Source: Alphaproteobacteria bacterium
Lineage (GTDB): Bacteria; Myxococcota_A; UBA796; UBA2385
DNA length: 64,000 bases
Direction: 5' to 3'
Assembly: GCA_020632755.1 (NCBI GenBank)
Contig: JACKEY010000006.1
Coordinates: 136,492-200,491, forward strand
Positions 19,483 through 29,196 of this stretch are shown piece by piece. The notes below the pieces were generated by a model, which saw only the letters and a program-made list of their open reading frames with translations, did no database searches and was not told the DNA's origin. The position numbers and the translations under genes are program-made. Numbering within the stretch: the stretch's first letter is position 1; every line of letters starts with the position of its first letter.

Positions 19483-21171
19483 TCAGGCGGTGAGGAAGTC
19501 GGGGTCGCGGAGCAGCGCGCTGACGACGGCCACCCAGGCCGCGGCGGCCGCGGTGTCGTCGCTGCCGTCGGCTTCGTACACGGCCTGCCAGAGCGCCTCG
19601 AGGCCGGCGAGCCGGTCGGCGTCCGGGTGCGTGGCGTGCATGCGCCACACCATGCCCTCGAGCTGGGCGCCGAAGGCCGCGTCGCCGGGCCGGTCGGAGA
19701 GGGTGACCCCGTCGAGCAGGAAGGGGGCGCCGTCGTCGGACTGGAGGTCGTGCTCGACCACGTGCAGGGCCGCCGCCTGGGCGAGGCGCTTCACGGTCAG
19801 GGCCCAGGTCAGGCCGGGGTCCTGCTGCGGGGTCACCACCATGTCGCCATCGACCCCGCCGGCCAGGGTGCGGAAGCCCAGGTCGTCGTTGGCCAGCTGG
19901 TCGCAGCCGTCCTGGACCCAGCGGAAGCCGGTCAGGTCCTCGACCGCGGTCGTGAGCTGGTCGGGGGTCAGCATGCGCCGGGTGTTCTCGCGCTCGGCCA
20001 CGTCTTCGGGGGCGCCGTCGACGACCGCGCCGGCCCGGTAGGTGTCGGTGTCGGTGATCGCGGCGAGCAGCACACGACCCTGCAGGTCACCGGCCAGGAA
20101 CTGCTGGCGCAGCGACTCGACCGTGGTGAAGTCGTCGACGTCGACCGGGCGCCGCCACAACAGCGCGGCCATGGTCTCGGTGCCGCAGCGCACGAAGCGC
20201 GGGTCGGTCGCCACCGCGTAGCCCAGGTCGACCATGCCCTCGATCGGCGTGCCGAACCAGGCGGGCTGCACGTCGAGCACGACGGGCCCCAGGCTCTCGC
20301 GCTCGGGGTGGTAGATGCCCAGCTCGTCGGGGTTGTAGTCGATGCTCGGGTAGAAGCCGAACATCGCCGACGCCAGCGGATCGATGTGGGCGTGGCAGCC
20401 CAGGCAGTAGTCGTTGGTCCGCAGGGCTTCCTGGGTCGCTGCTTCGTCGGTCAGGGCCGGGGTGTCGGCGAAGGACACCGGCCGGGCCAGCACGTCGTCG
20501 CACAGCATCAGGTTGGCGATCGCGGCGGCGCGACTGCGGTTGCCGTTGGCCTTGCTGGTGACGTAGCGCCACCACAGCCCGTTGCTGGCCAGCACGCCGG
20601 CGTCCGGGCGCCCGTCGGTCCAGACCGCGTCCACCCAGCCGTCCAGGCCGTCGTCGGGGTCGGCCTGGAGCTCCAGCGGCCACACGTCCGCCAGGGTCTG
20701 GTTCGCCACGGTGTGGCCCTGGGTGACGATGTCGGTCCAGGGCCGGTCTTCGACCACCACCCGGGCCATCAGGCGCAGCGGCTCTTCGCCGATCGAGCGC
20801 TCGTAGTGGCACTCGAGCTCGTCGGGCAGGTGGTAGTCGTAGTGGTCGACCTGGTACTCGTCGAGGCGGGTCAGGAAGCGCTCGGCGAGGAAGCTCACGA
20901 GCTGGCGCTCGAGCCGCGGATCCTGGAGGTACTCGTCGCGGAGGCTGTCGATCTCCGCGGCGTCCGCTTCGACCCGGGCGAGCTCGTCGGCCGTGGGCAG
21001 CACGCCGCGCAGATCGAGGCTCAGCCGGCGAGCCAGCCGCGGTCCGTCCAGCGGCTCGGTCCAGACCGGCGTCTGGCCCCCGTCGGCCCCGCTGTCGGTC
21101 ACGGCGCCGTCGCCGGGATCGACCGGGTCGACCGTGCAGGCCGCCAGCCACAGCAGCAGCGTGGCGCTCAT
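19483..21171 (-). CDS. Lipoprotein with DUF1549 (PSCyt2-like, CxxCHxxxDP) and DUF1553-like regions.
   Basis: ATG at 21171 with GGGAGG SD. Lipobox LLLWLAACT. YCLGCHAHIDP motif. The ORF track extends to 21513 as a shadow. Confidence 0.7.
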   Translation of the reverse strand: MSATLLLWLAACTVDPVDPGDGAVTDSGADGGQTPVWTEPLDGPRLARRLSLDLRGVLPTADELARVEADAAEIDSLRDEYLQDPRLERQLVSFLAERFLTRLDEYQVDHYDYHLPDELECHYERSIGEEPLRLMARVVVEDRPWTDIVTQGHTVANQTLADVWPLELQADPDDGLDGWVDAVWTDGRPDAGVLASNGLWWRYVTSKANGNRSRAAAIANLMLCDDVLARPVSFADTPALTDEAATQEALRTNDYCLGCHAHIDPLASAMFGFYPSIDYNPDELGIYHPERESLGPVVLDVQPAWFGTPIEGMVDLGYAVATDPRFVRCGTETMAALLWRRPVDVDDFTTVESLRQQFLAGDLQGRVLLAAITDTDTYRAGAVVDGAPEDVAERENTRRMLTPDQLTTAVEDLTGFRWVQDGCDQLANDDLGFRTLAGGVDGDMVVTPQQDPGLTWALTVKRLAQAAALHVVEHDLQSDDGAPFLLDGVTLSDRPGDAAFGAQLEGMVWRMHATHPDADRLAGLEALWQAVYEADGSDDTAAAAAWVAVVSALLRDPDFLTA

Positions 21172-22079
21172 CGTTCCTCCCGCCAGCCGGTGATGTAGCT
21201 GGCCAGGTCGTGCACCACGTCCATGGGCAGGCAGATCTCGTCTTCGATGAGCTCGTCGCCCACCATCAGCGGCCCACAGGGGCTGCTGCAGTCTTCGGGC
21301 AGGTCCACCCGGTACCAGTGTCCGGAGGGATCGCGCACACCTACGCCCCCGGTCGGCAGGTCGGGGCAGGTCTCGTTCCACTGCAGGCCGTAGAAGGCGA
21401 TGTACTGGTCGCCGACGCCGACCACCCCGTCCACCCACAGGTCGGGCGTCGACTCGCGGGTCTCGCGCTCGCCGATGATGTCGAGCCAGCCGGACATGCC
21501 GTCGCGGTACCACGGCGTCGTCGAGCCTTCCCAGCTCCAGCTGCCCTCGAACAGCATCTCGAAGATGGCGGCGCCGTCCATCCGGTCGTGCTTGAAGGTC
21601 GTCCAGTGTCCGCCCACCGCGGCACGTTCGCCTTCGGCAGTGACGATCTCCATGTCGCCCATCATGTACAGGCTGATCTCGAAGCCGTCGGGGCTGTCGC
21701 CCTCGTGGAACTGGATCGTGCCGATGCCCAGGTAGAAGGTGCCGGTCGACGCCGTGCAGCCCAGGATCGCGCCTTCGCCCATCGCGTTCTCGGCGCCGGG
21801 GCAGAACTCGTCACCCGCCCCGTAGAGGCCCGACAGCTCGTTCATGACCCGGAAGGGATCGGGCAGCCCGGCGGTCAGCGCGTCGGCGATGCGGTCGCTG
21901 CGCTCTTCGGCCGTCCACTGCAGCTGCAGGCCGGGATCGTCAACGGTGTAGCGGGGGCCGGGATCGCCGCTGTCGGCGGTCGCCGCCGCGCCGGTGTCGT
22001 CGCCGGCCGGGGCCGTCGTGCCGGTGCAGGCCAGCAGCGCGAGCAACAGGGCGGGCGAGGGGGAGCTCACGCCGCCCAA
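21168..22079 (-). CDS. Lipoprotein, hypothetical.
   Basis: Lipobox LLLALLACTG. Its stop overlaps the downstream start (ATGA), so it is operonic with the DUF1549/1553 gene. Confidence 0.55.
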   Translation of the reverse strand: MGGVSSPSPALLLALLACTGTTAPAGDDTGAAATADSGDPGPRYTVDDPGLQLQWTAEERSDRIADALTAGLPDPFRVMNELSGLYGAGDEFCPGAENAMGEGAILGCTASTGTFYLGIGTIQFHEGDSPDGFEISLYMMGDMEIVTAEGERAAVGGHWTTFKHDRMDGAAIFEMLFEGSWSWEGSTTPWYRDGMSGWLDIIGERETRESTPDLWVDGVVGVGDQYIAFYGLQWNETCPDLPTGGVGVRDPSGHWYRVDLPEDCSSPCGPLMVGDELIEDEICLPMDVVHDLASYITGWREER

Positions 22080-22155
22080 GGTAGCACGCCCATCGGGGCT
22101 TGCACGGGTCGCCTTGTCGCACCAGCAGGGGCCTTCCGGCCCATCTGCCCGACGC

Positions 22156-23259
22156 TCAGGGTGCGAAGGAGGCGGACCCGGGAAGACCGTGGGTGACGCT
22201 GCCCGTGGCGAGCTCGATCAGGTGGGCCTGGGCGCCGTCGCTGGCCAGCACCCAGCCGTCCCGCTCCTGCCAGGTCAGGGGCCCGGCCTGGTCGAGGCCT
22301 TCGACCAGCGCCCACTTGCCGGTGCCCTTGACCGCGACGGGAGTCCGGGCGTGGGCTTCTTCGCGGACGACGAGGGCGTGGGCCCATGGATGCGCTTCGT
22401 CGCTCCGCACCGCCCACTCGACCTGGGCGAGCTTGTCGAGGGCGCCGGGTCGCTCGACGGTGGAGGCGACCTGGGGCGGGTCGGGGGGGAAGCTCCGACC
22501 GAGGGCGCCGATCTCGGCGGGGAAGGCGTCGGACAGCGCCATGCCTTCCTTGCGGGGCCACAGGCCGGTCGAGACGCGCGACCACTCGCCGCCCTGGAAG
22601 GCCTGGACCCGGACGACGGTCAGATCGACCATCAGCGCCGCCTGCCGGTCGTAGCGCAGCTGCTCGCCGTCGAGCTCGAAGTAGGCGCCCTGGTCGTCGA
22701 TGCGCTCCTGGGTCTGCACGAGCTGGACCGCGGCCACGTGGTCGGGTGCCGGGGTCGCCGGCGCGGGGGCGGCGGCGGGGGCTTCACCGTCGGCGGCGGG
22801 GGCTTCACCGTCGGCGGCGGGGGCGTCGGCAGGGGCGTCGGCGGGAGTTTCGGCGGGTGGCGGGGTCGGCGCGGGCAGCCAGGCCGCTGCGACGCCTGCG
22901 GGCAGGGCCGGCAGGCGGGTGGCGGAGCCCGCCGCGAGGTCCACGTCCACGACCTCGAGGGCTTGCTCGCCCCAGGTCAGCAGCACACGCTGGGCCGCGG
23001 GGTGCAGCACCCAGGTCGGTGCGGCGGGGCAGGGGCCGGCAAAGGTCGCGATGGCCTGGTCGGCACCGTCGGCGCTGGTCCGGCGCTGCACGGCGCAGTC
23101 GGCGCCCTGCTCGGCCAGGCTCAGCACCGCGGGCGCGGGGGGCGGCGGGGGCTCGGCCTCGCCCTTGTCGGCGCGATCGAGGGGAGCGGTCGGGCCGGCG
23201 GGACCGGCGGGCTCGTCGCCGCCGCAGGCCAGGAGGAACAGCATGGGAAGGGTCGTCAT
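22156..23259 (-). CDS. Lipoprotein, hypothetical, with a Pro/Ala-rich linker.
   Basis: MTTLPMLFLLACGG lipobox. Confidence 0.5.
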   Translation of the reverse strand: MTTLPMLFLLACGGDEPAGPAGPTAPLDRADKGEAEPPPPPAPAVLSLAEQGADCAVQRRTSADGADQAIATFAGPCPAAPTWVLHPAAQRVLLTWGEQALEVVDVDLAAGSATRLPALPAGVAAAWLPAPTPPPAETPADAPADAPAADGEAPAADGEAPAAAPAPATPAPDHVAAVQLVQTQERIDDQGAYFELDGEQLRYDRQAALMVDLTVVRVQAFQGGEWSRVSTGLWPRKEGMALSDAFPAEIGALGRSFPPDPPQVASTVERPGALDKLAQVEWAVRSDEAHPWAHALVVREEAHARTPVAVKGTGKWALVEGLDQAGPLTWQERDGWVLASDGAQAHLIELATGSVTHGLPGSASFAP

Positions 23260-23266
23260 GGCGGCA

Positions 23267-24376
23267 TCAAAGCACGGGTTCGCCGTCCCGGGCCAGCGTG
23301 CAGCAGGCGATCTTCAGCGGCGGGCGCCCGTCGGGACTCGGGAAGTCGGCGTCTGGGACCAGGCGCTCGATTCGCGCGAGCGGTCGCCCGGCCTTGGCGG
23401 CGCAGCGGGCGAGGCCGGACTCCCAGGCGTGCCCGTCGACCTCGGCCGCGTGGTTGGTGGCGAGCACCACGCCGCCCGGCCGGGTGGCCAGGACCGCCGG
23501 CTTGAACAGGGTCGGGTAGTCGCCCACGATGTCCACGGCGCCGAAGGCCGAGGTGGCCCAGGTCGGCGGGTCGAGCACCACGATGTCGAAGCTCCTCGGC
23601 GCGAAGGGGCGGAACCGTCGCCGCCGGGCGCCGCGGCCCTTCACGGGCAGGCCGGCGAGCTGGCGGCTGGCCGGCAGCACATCGGCCTGGACCAGCTCGA
23701 AGCGCTCTGCGTCCAGCCCGAAGGCCGCGGCGTTGTCGGCGGCGTTGGCGGCACCGACCTCGAGGGCGCTGTCGGCGAAGTCCAGGTTCAGCACGTCGGT
23801 GGCCCCGCCGCAGGCGGCGGCCAGGCCGGCGGTGGCGGTGTAGGCGAACAGGTTGAGCACGGAGCGGTCGCGGGCATGGGCCGCGAGCCAGCGCCGCGCG
23901 ACACGGAAGTCCAGGTACAGCCAGGGGTCCCGGCCGCGGTGCCGGGCGCGGATCCGCATGCGGCGGCCCTGCTCGCGACAGTGGTGCAGGGCCAGGGCGT
24001 CCGCGTCCGGCTGGAACCAGTCGTCGAAGCGGGTGGGCCGCCCGTCGCGGCCGTGGCCGTCGCCTCGCCGGCCCCGGTGGTTCCAGCACAGGTGCAGGCC
24101 GGGCAGCCCGGCGTCGGCGACTGCCGCGGCGATCGCAGCCAGCGTCGGCTCGGTCAGCGGGCGTCTCCACGTCTGCACCAGCAGGAGCGGCCCGTAGCGG
24201 TCGACCGCCAGCCCCGGCCGGCCCTCGGTGGCGCCGTGGAACAGCCGCAGACAGTCGGTGTCTTCGGCGGCCAGCGCCTCCATGAGACCCGCCCGGGCGG
24301 CGATCGCCTCGGCGACCATCGCGCCCAGGGCGTCGGGGTCCTCTGCTCCGACCTCTGCCTCGCCCTCCTCCCTCAC
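23267..24376 (-). CDS. Class I SAM-dependent rRNA methyltransferase (RlmI/RlmK-like, 23S rRNA m5C-type).
   Basis: LAVDRYG, LNLFAYTATAG (motif I) and VLDPPTWA (motif IV). Possible GTG start overlapping the GH31 stop. Start uncertain. Confidence 0.7.
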   Translation of the reverse strand: MREEGEAEVGAEDPDALGAMVAEAIAARAGLMEALAAEDTDCLRLFHGATEGRPGLAVDRYGPLLLVQTWRRPLTEPTLAAIAAAVADAGLPGLHLCWNHRGRRGDGHGRDGRPTRFDDWFQPDADALALHHCREQGRRMRIRARHRGRDPWLYLDFRVARRWLAAHARDRSVLNLFAYTATAGLAAACGGATDVLNLDFADSALEVGAANAADNAAAFGLDAERFELVQADVLPASRQLAGLPVKGRGARRRRFRPFAPRSFDIVVLDPPTWATSAFGAVDIVGDYPTLFKPAVLATRPGGVVLATNHAAEVDGHAWESGLARCAAKAGRPLARIERLVPDADFPSPDGRPPLKIACCTLARDGEPVL

Positions 24377-26415
24377 TCGATCCCCCGCAGGTCGGTGCGA
24401 TCGGCGCCCCGCGAGAACACCGGCGGGCTGCCGACGGGCGCGTCGACGGTGATCCAGGCGCCGCCTGTGTGCTCCTCGCCCGTCCAGACGTCGAACCAGG
24501 CGCCGTCGGGCAGGTAGAGGTCACGCGCCGTCGCGCCTTCGGTCAGCACCGGGGCGACCAGCAGGTCCGGGCCCAGCAGGAACTGGTCGTCGATGGCGCG
24601 CACCTCGGGGTCGTCGGGGTACGCGAGCATCAGGTGCCGGACGATCGGGGCGCCGGTCTCGGCGGCGTCGGCGGCCAGGGCCTGCAGCTCGGGGCCCAGC
24701 GCCTGGTGCACCTTCGCGAAGCGCACGAAGTGGGCGGTGGTGGCGGCGTCGGTGTCCCAGCGCCAGTTCTCGTCCCGGGCGTCGCCGTCGTGGGTGCGCA
24801 TGAAGGGGGTGAAGGCGCCGAGCTCCGTCCAGCGCAGGTAGAGTTCTTCGCTGCTGGGGCCGCCCGAGAAACCGGCGATGTCGTGGGTCACGAAGGGCTG
24901 GCCGCTCATGCCCATGGTCAGCATGGCGGGGACCACGGTGGGCAGGCCGTCCTCGGGCTCGAAGTCGGCTTCCTGGTCGCCGGCCCAGTGGATCATCGCG
25001 ACCGACTGCACGCCGGTCCAGCCGCTGCGGGCGAACATCAGCCAGTCGCCGTCCGGGCGCAGCTCGTCCATGACCTCGCGGGTCAGGCGCTGCCAGGCTT
25101 CCGGGTAGCGGTTGTGGAAGCCGGCGGGGTCGTCGCTGCCGGCCAGCTCGGCGTCGATGGGCTGCCACTCGGCGAAGTCGGCCATCCAGCCGTCCAGGCC
25201 CACGTCGACGACGGCGGCCCGCAGGTGGTCCTGGATGTAGGCCCGGGTGTCCGGGTTGCTCAGGTCGGCGGTGGTCATGTCGCCGCGCGGGCCGAAGAAG
25301 CTGTAGACCTCGCCGGTCTCGGGGTGGAGCGGCAGCATGCCGGCGGCTTCCATCTCGTCCCAGTGCTGCAGCTCGCGATCGACGAAGGGGTTCACGTACC
25401 CGACGATGCGGTAGCCATCGGCCTTGAGCTCGGCGAAGAAGTCGGCGATGCCGGGGTACAGCTCGACTTCGTCGGGCTCCCAGCGGTACTGCACGCCGTA
25501 GCCGCCGCCGGGGTTCTCGCGCCGCCCGGTCCAGTCCTGGACCCACAGCACGGTGGCGGGGATGCCGGCGGCTTCGGCCGCGGCGACCTGGGCGCGGACC
25601 CGCTCGATGCCGCCCTGCATGCACAGCCAGGTGCCGTAGGCCCACGCCGGCGGCGCCTTGGGGCGGCCGACCTGGTCGCCGAGCTGGCCGACGACGTCCA
25701 TGGGCGTCGGGCCGTGCATCACGGTCCAGACGATGGCGTCGCCCTGCATCAGCTCGACCCAGGCGACGGCTTCGTCGGTGGCGCACAGATCGACGTTCAC
25801 CCGGTGGTCGGTCTGCCACAGCAGGCCGAAGCCGCGGGCGTCCAGCCACCAGGGCATCGGGAAGTAGGCCGTGTACTCGTCGCCGCTGAAAGCCCAGGAG
25901 TCCCCGGTGCGGCCGATGCCCTGCTCGCTGACGAACAGCCGGAAGGCGTGGCCGCGGTGCTCGGCCCGGGCGTGCTGCTCGCCGAAGCCGTAGAAGGTCG
26001 CGTCCGCGTCGCAGCGGACGGGGACCGCGACGGCGTCGGCCTCGGTGTCGACCGCGAGGGTGAAGGTCGAGCGGCTGCCGTCGCTCTCGACGCGCAGCGT
26101 GCCGCCGTCGAGGCGCACCAGCGCGGTGTCGCCGTCGGCGTCCAGCCCCACGACCGGCAGATCGACGTCGACCTGGTCGACGCGGTCGAAGCGCCACATG
26201 CCCAGGCTGGCGTCGACGTCCTCGGACACGGTCCGGGCCTGGATGGCCTGCCCGGGGGCCGTGGCGAACAGCTCGCGGCCGTCGACGGTGAGCACGACGC
26301 TGTCGCCGTCGAGGGTCAGCGTCACGCCGTCGGCCAGCGCCACCTCGTCCACGGCTCCGGAGTCGGCGGGCCCCTTGTCGGCCGTGCAGGCGAGCAGCAG
26401 CAGCAGCGGGGTCAT
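24373..26415 (-). CDS. Glycoside hydrolase family 31 lipoprotein (alpha-glucosidase / alpha-xylosidase-like).
   Basis: Lipobox LLLLLACTAD. The GH31 catalytic region has WVQDW...(nucleophile Asp) and HWAGDQ motifs. Confidence 0.85.
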   Translation of the reverse strand: MTPLLLLLACTADKGPADSGAVDEVALADGVTLTLDGDSVVLTVDGRELFATAPGQAIQARTVSEDVDASLGMWRFDRVDQVDVDLPVVGLDADGDTALVRLDGGTLRVESDGSRSTFTLAVDTEADAVAVPVRCDADATFYGFGEQHARAEHRGHAFRLFVSEQGIGRTGDSWAFSGDEYTAYFPMPWWLDARGFGLLWQTDHRVNVDLCATDEAVAWVELMQGDAIVWTVMHGPTPMDVVGQLGDQVGRPKAPPAWAYGTWLCMQGGIERVRAQVAAAEAAGIPATVLWVQDWTGRRENPGGGYGVQYRWEPDEVELYPGIADFFAELKADGYRIVGYVNPFVDRELQHWDEMEAAGMLPLHPETGEVYSFFGPRGDMTTADLSNPDTRAYIQDHLRAAVVDVGLDGWMADFAEWQPIDAELAGSDDPAGFHNRYPEAWQRLTREVMDELRPDGDWLMFARSGWTGVQSVAMIHWAGDQEADFEPEDGLPTVVPAMLTMGMSGQPFVTHDIAGFSGGPSSEELYLRWTELGAFTPFMRTHDGDARDENWRWDTDAATTAHFVRFAKVHQALGPELQALAADAAETGAPIVRHLMLAYPDDPEVRAIDDQFLLGPDLLVAPVLTEGATARDLYLPDGAWFDVWTGEEHTGGAWITVDAPVGSPPVFSRGADRTDLRGIE

Positions 26416-26464
26416 CGGGCGGTCCGCGGGCGGGGGAGGGGAGGAGGAGGAGGAGGAGGAGGGC

Positions 26465-26743
26465 TCAGGAGGAGCGGACCAGCGCCGCGACCTCGCCCAC
26501 GGTGCGGTGCCCCTCGACCGGGTGGCGCAGCGGGGCGTCGGGGAGGACCTCGTAGCGGTTGCGCCGGCCGACCCGGGTCACCCGCAGGTAGCCGTCTTCC
26601 TGCAGCTCGCGGACGATGCGCTGGGCGGCGCGCTCGGTGATCCCGACCCGGTCGGCGACGTCCCGCAGGCGCAGGTCGGGGTCGGCGTCCAGCACGAACA
26701 GCACGTGGGCGTGGTTGGTGAAGAAGGTCCAGCGCTTCTGCAT
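26465..26743 (-). CDS. Small winged-helix/HTH transcriptional regulator.
   Basis: 92 aa. RLRDVADRVGITERAAQRIVRELQEDGYLRV is a helix-turn-helix. ATG verified at 26743. Lies inside a 588-aa shadow ORF. Confidence 0.55.
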   Translation of the reverse strand: MQKRWTFFTNHAHVLFVLDADPDLRLRDVADRVGITERAAQRIVRELQEDGYLRVTRVGRRNRYEVLPDAPLRHPVEGHRTVGEVAALVRSS

Positions 26744-26878
26744 GGGGGTCCTGCGGTCGGCGGGGAGGGCAACATAACCGAGGTGTTTCACGAAATGCTT
26801 GTCGTGTATTTGGTGTCGGCATAGAGCCTCCTCGCGTCCCCGCCCCATCCTCCTTCCCCGACCCCGGAGAGGCCCGCC

Positions 26879-28393
26879 ATGACCGTCCCGTCGACCGACT
26901 CCTCCTTCGCCCCCTCCTCCCCCGAGACCCCGGCCCCGGCCCCGGCCCCGGTCGCGGTCGCCTGGGGCGACGGCATCGGCCCGGAGATCATGGACGCCAC
27001 CCTGGCCATCCTCGACGCCGCCGGCGCCCGGCTGGACGTGCGGCCGGTCGAGGTCGGCCTGTCCGTCTACGAGCGCGGCCAGTCCGCCGGCATCGGCCCC
27101 GAAGCCTGGGACACCATCCGCCAGACCCGCGTGATGCTCAAGGCGCCGATCACCACCCCGCAGGGCGGCGGCGTGAAGAGCCTGAACGTCACCCTGCGCA
27201 AGACGCTCGGCCTGTACGCCAACGTGCGGCCGGTGGTCAGCCTGCACCCCTACGTGCCCTGCCGCTTCCCCGACATGGACGTGCTCATCGTCCGCGAGAA
27301 CGAAGAGGACCTGTACGCCGGCATCGAGCACCGCCAGACGGCCGAGGTCACCCAGTGCCTCAAGCTCATCACGCGCCCCGGCACCGAGCGCATCTGCCAC
27401 GCCGCCTTCGCCCTGGCCCGCCAGGAAGGCCGCAAGCGGGTCACCTGCATGGTGAAGGACAACATCATGAAGGTGACCGACGGGCTGTTCCGCCGCGTCT
27501 TCCAGGAAGTCGCGACCGAGTACCCCGACATCGAAGCCGACTGGCGCATCATCGACATCGGCGCCGCCATGCTGGCCGACCGGCCCGAGCAGTTCGACGT
27601 GGTCGTCTGCCCGAACCTGTACGGCGACATCATCTCGGACGTCGTCGCCCAGATCGGCGGCAGCGTCGGCCTGGCCGGCAGCGCCAACCTGGGCCAGGGC
27701 GTCGCCATGTTCGAGGCCGTGCACGGCAGCGCGCCCGACATCGCCGGCCGCGACCTGGCCAACCCCTCGGGGCTGCTGTCCGGGGCCGTGATGATGCTCG
27801 GCTACCTGGGCCAGGGCGACGTGGCGGCCCGGGTCCGCAACGCCTGGCTGCGCACCCTGGAAGACGGCGTGCACACCGCCGACATCCCCGACGGGCCGCA
27901 CCGCGTCCGCACCGTCGGCACCCGCGCCTTCGCCGCCGCCGTCATCGACCGCCTGGGCCAGGCCCCCGAACACCTGGCCGCCGTGCAGCCGCCGGCCGCG
28001 CCGACCCTGGTGGTGCCGCCGCCGACCCCGCGGCCCGACAAGCAGCTCGTCGGGGTCGACGTGTTCGTGGACTGGGACCACGACGGTGCCCTGCCGGCCG
28101 CGCGCGACCCCGACATCATCGCCGGCCTGCTGCGCGCGCAGCCCACCGACGACATCGACCTGGTCATGATCACGAACCGCGGCGTGAAGGTCTGGCCGAA
28201 CGGCCTGCCCGAGACCTTCAAGACCGACCACTGGCGCTGCCGCTTCCAGAAGCGCGACGGCGCCCCGGTCGAGCGGCGCCAGGTCGTGGCGCTGCTGGGC
28301 CGGCTGGTCGACCGCGGCGTCGACGTCATCAAGACCGAGAACCTGTACACCTTCGACGGCGTGCAGGGCTTCTCGCTGGGCCAGGGCCAGTAG
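26879..28393 (+). CDS. icd: Isocitrate dehydrogenase (IDH/IMDH family, long form with a C-terminal extension).
   Basis: LRKTLGLYANVRP and NLYGDIISD motifs. Confidence 0.8.
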   Translation: MTVPSTDSSFAPSSPETPAPAPAPVAVAWGDGIGPEIMDATLAILDAAGARLDVRPVEVGLSVYERGQSAGIGPEAWDTIRQTRVMLKAPITTPQGGGVKSLNVTLRKTLGLYANVRPVVSLHPYVPCRFPDMDVLIVRENEEDLYAGIEHRQTAEVTQCLKLITRPGTERICHAAFALARQEGRKRVTCMVKDNIMKVTDGLFRRVFQEVATEYPDIEADWRIIDIGAAMLADRPEQFDVVVCPNLYGDIISDVVAQIGGSVGLAGSANLGQGVAMFEAVHGSAPDIAGRDLANPSGLLSGAVMMLGYLGQGDVAARVRNAWLRTLEDGVHTADIPDGPHRVRTVGTRAFAAAVIDRLGQAPEHLAAVQPPAAPTLVVPPPTPRPDKQLVGVDVFVDWDHDGALPAARDPDIIAGLLRAQPTDDIDLVMITNRGVKVWPNGLPETFKTDHWRCRFQKRDGAPVERRQVVALLGRLVDRGVDVIKTENLYTFDGVQGFSLGQGQ

Positions 28394-28399
28394 GGGCGC

Positions 28400-29116
28400 T
28401 CACTCGCCCTGGATGTAGATGTCGCCGGCGCGGGTGTCCGCCACGATCACGTCGTCGGCGTCGTCTTCGTCGGTGATCCCGCTGACCGTGATGTCGCCGG
28501 CGCTGGTGTCGGTGGACACGGCGTAGGTGCCCGACGGCACCCGCAGGCTGATGTCGCCGGCGCCGGACTCGGCGATGAGCCGGGCCGGCGGCGCCAGGGT
28601 CTGCAGGTCCAGGCGGCCGGCTCCCGACGACGCCTCGATGTCGCGGCCGGTCAGGCCGACGCCGTCGATGTCGCCCGCGCTGGTGTCGGCGTAGAGCGCG
28701 CCCGACAGGTACTCGACGCGCAGGTCGCCGGCGCCGGTGATCAGGATGGCCTGCCCGTCGATGTCCCGGGCGCCGACGTTGCCGGCCCGCGTGTCCACGT
28801 CCAGGTCGACGTCCGGGGGCAGCACCAGGTCCAGGTGGGCCCGGCAGGGCGTGACGATGGTGGTGCAGTCGACGTCGATGTCGAGCACCCCGCCCGACAG
28901 CTCGGTGCGGACCACGGCGGGCTCGCGGCCGTACTCGTGGGTGATGGTCAGCTCGGTGGCGTCGGCGCCGTCGCGCCCGTCGAAGCGGATGTCGCCGGCG
29001 TCGGAGCGCACGCGGACGACGGTGACGGGGTCGGTGAAGGTGCGGGTCTCGGTGTCTTCCTGGACGTGGACGACGCAGCCGAGGGACAGGAGCGAGGCGA
29101 GGGCGAGCAGGGGCAC
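28400..29116 (-). CDS. Lipoprotein with a DUF4097-like repeated beta-strand (putative adhesin) domain.
   Basis: GTG start gives MLLALASLLSLGC. Repeated xGDIxV / SGAGD beta-solenoid-like repeats. Confidence 0.55.
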   Translation of the reverse strand: MPLLALASLLSLGCVVHVQEDTETRTFTDPVTVVRVRSDAGDIRFDGRDGADATELTITHEYGREPAVVRTELSGGVLDIDVDCTTIVTPCRAHLDLVLPPDVDLDVDTRAGNVGARDIDGQAILITGAGDLRVEYLSGALYADTSAGDIDGVGLTGRDIEASSGAGRLDLQTLAPPARLIAESGAGDISLRVPSGTYAVSTDTSAGDITVSGITDEDDADDVIVADTRAGDIYIQGE

Positions 29117-29196
29117 GGGGGACTCCGCGGGCGAGGGGAGGGGGGAGGAACCGGAGGAGGCGTTGGACACCGCGGCGCGGGAAAGCGGTACCGGGG

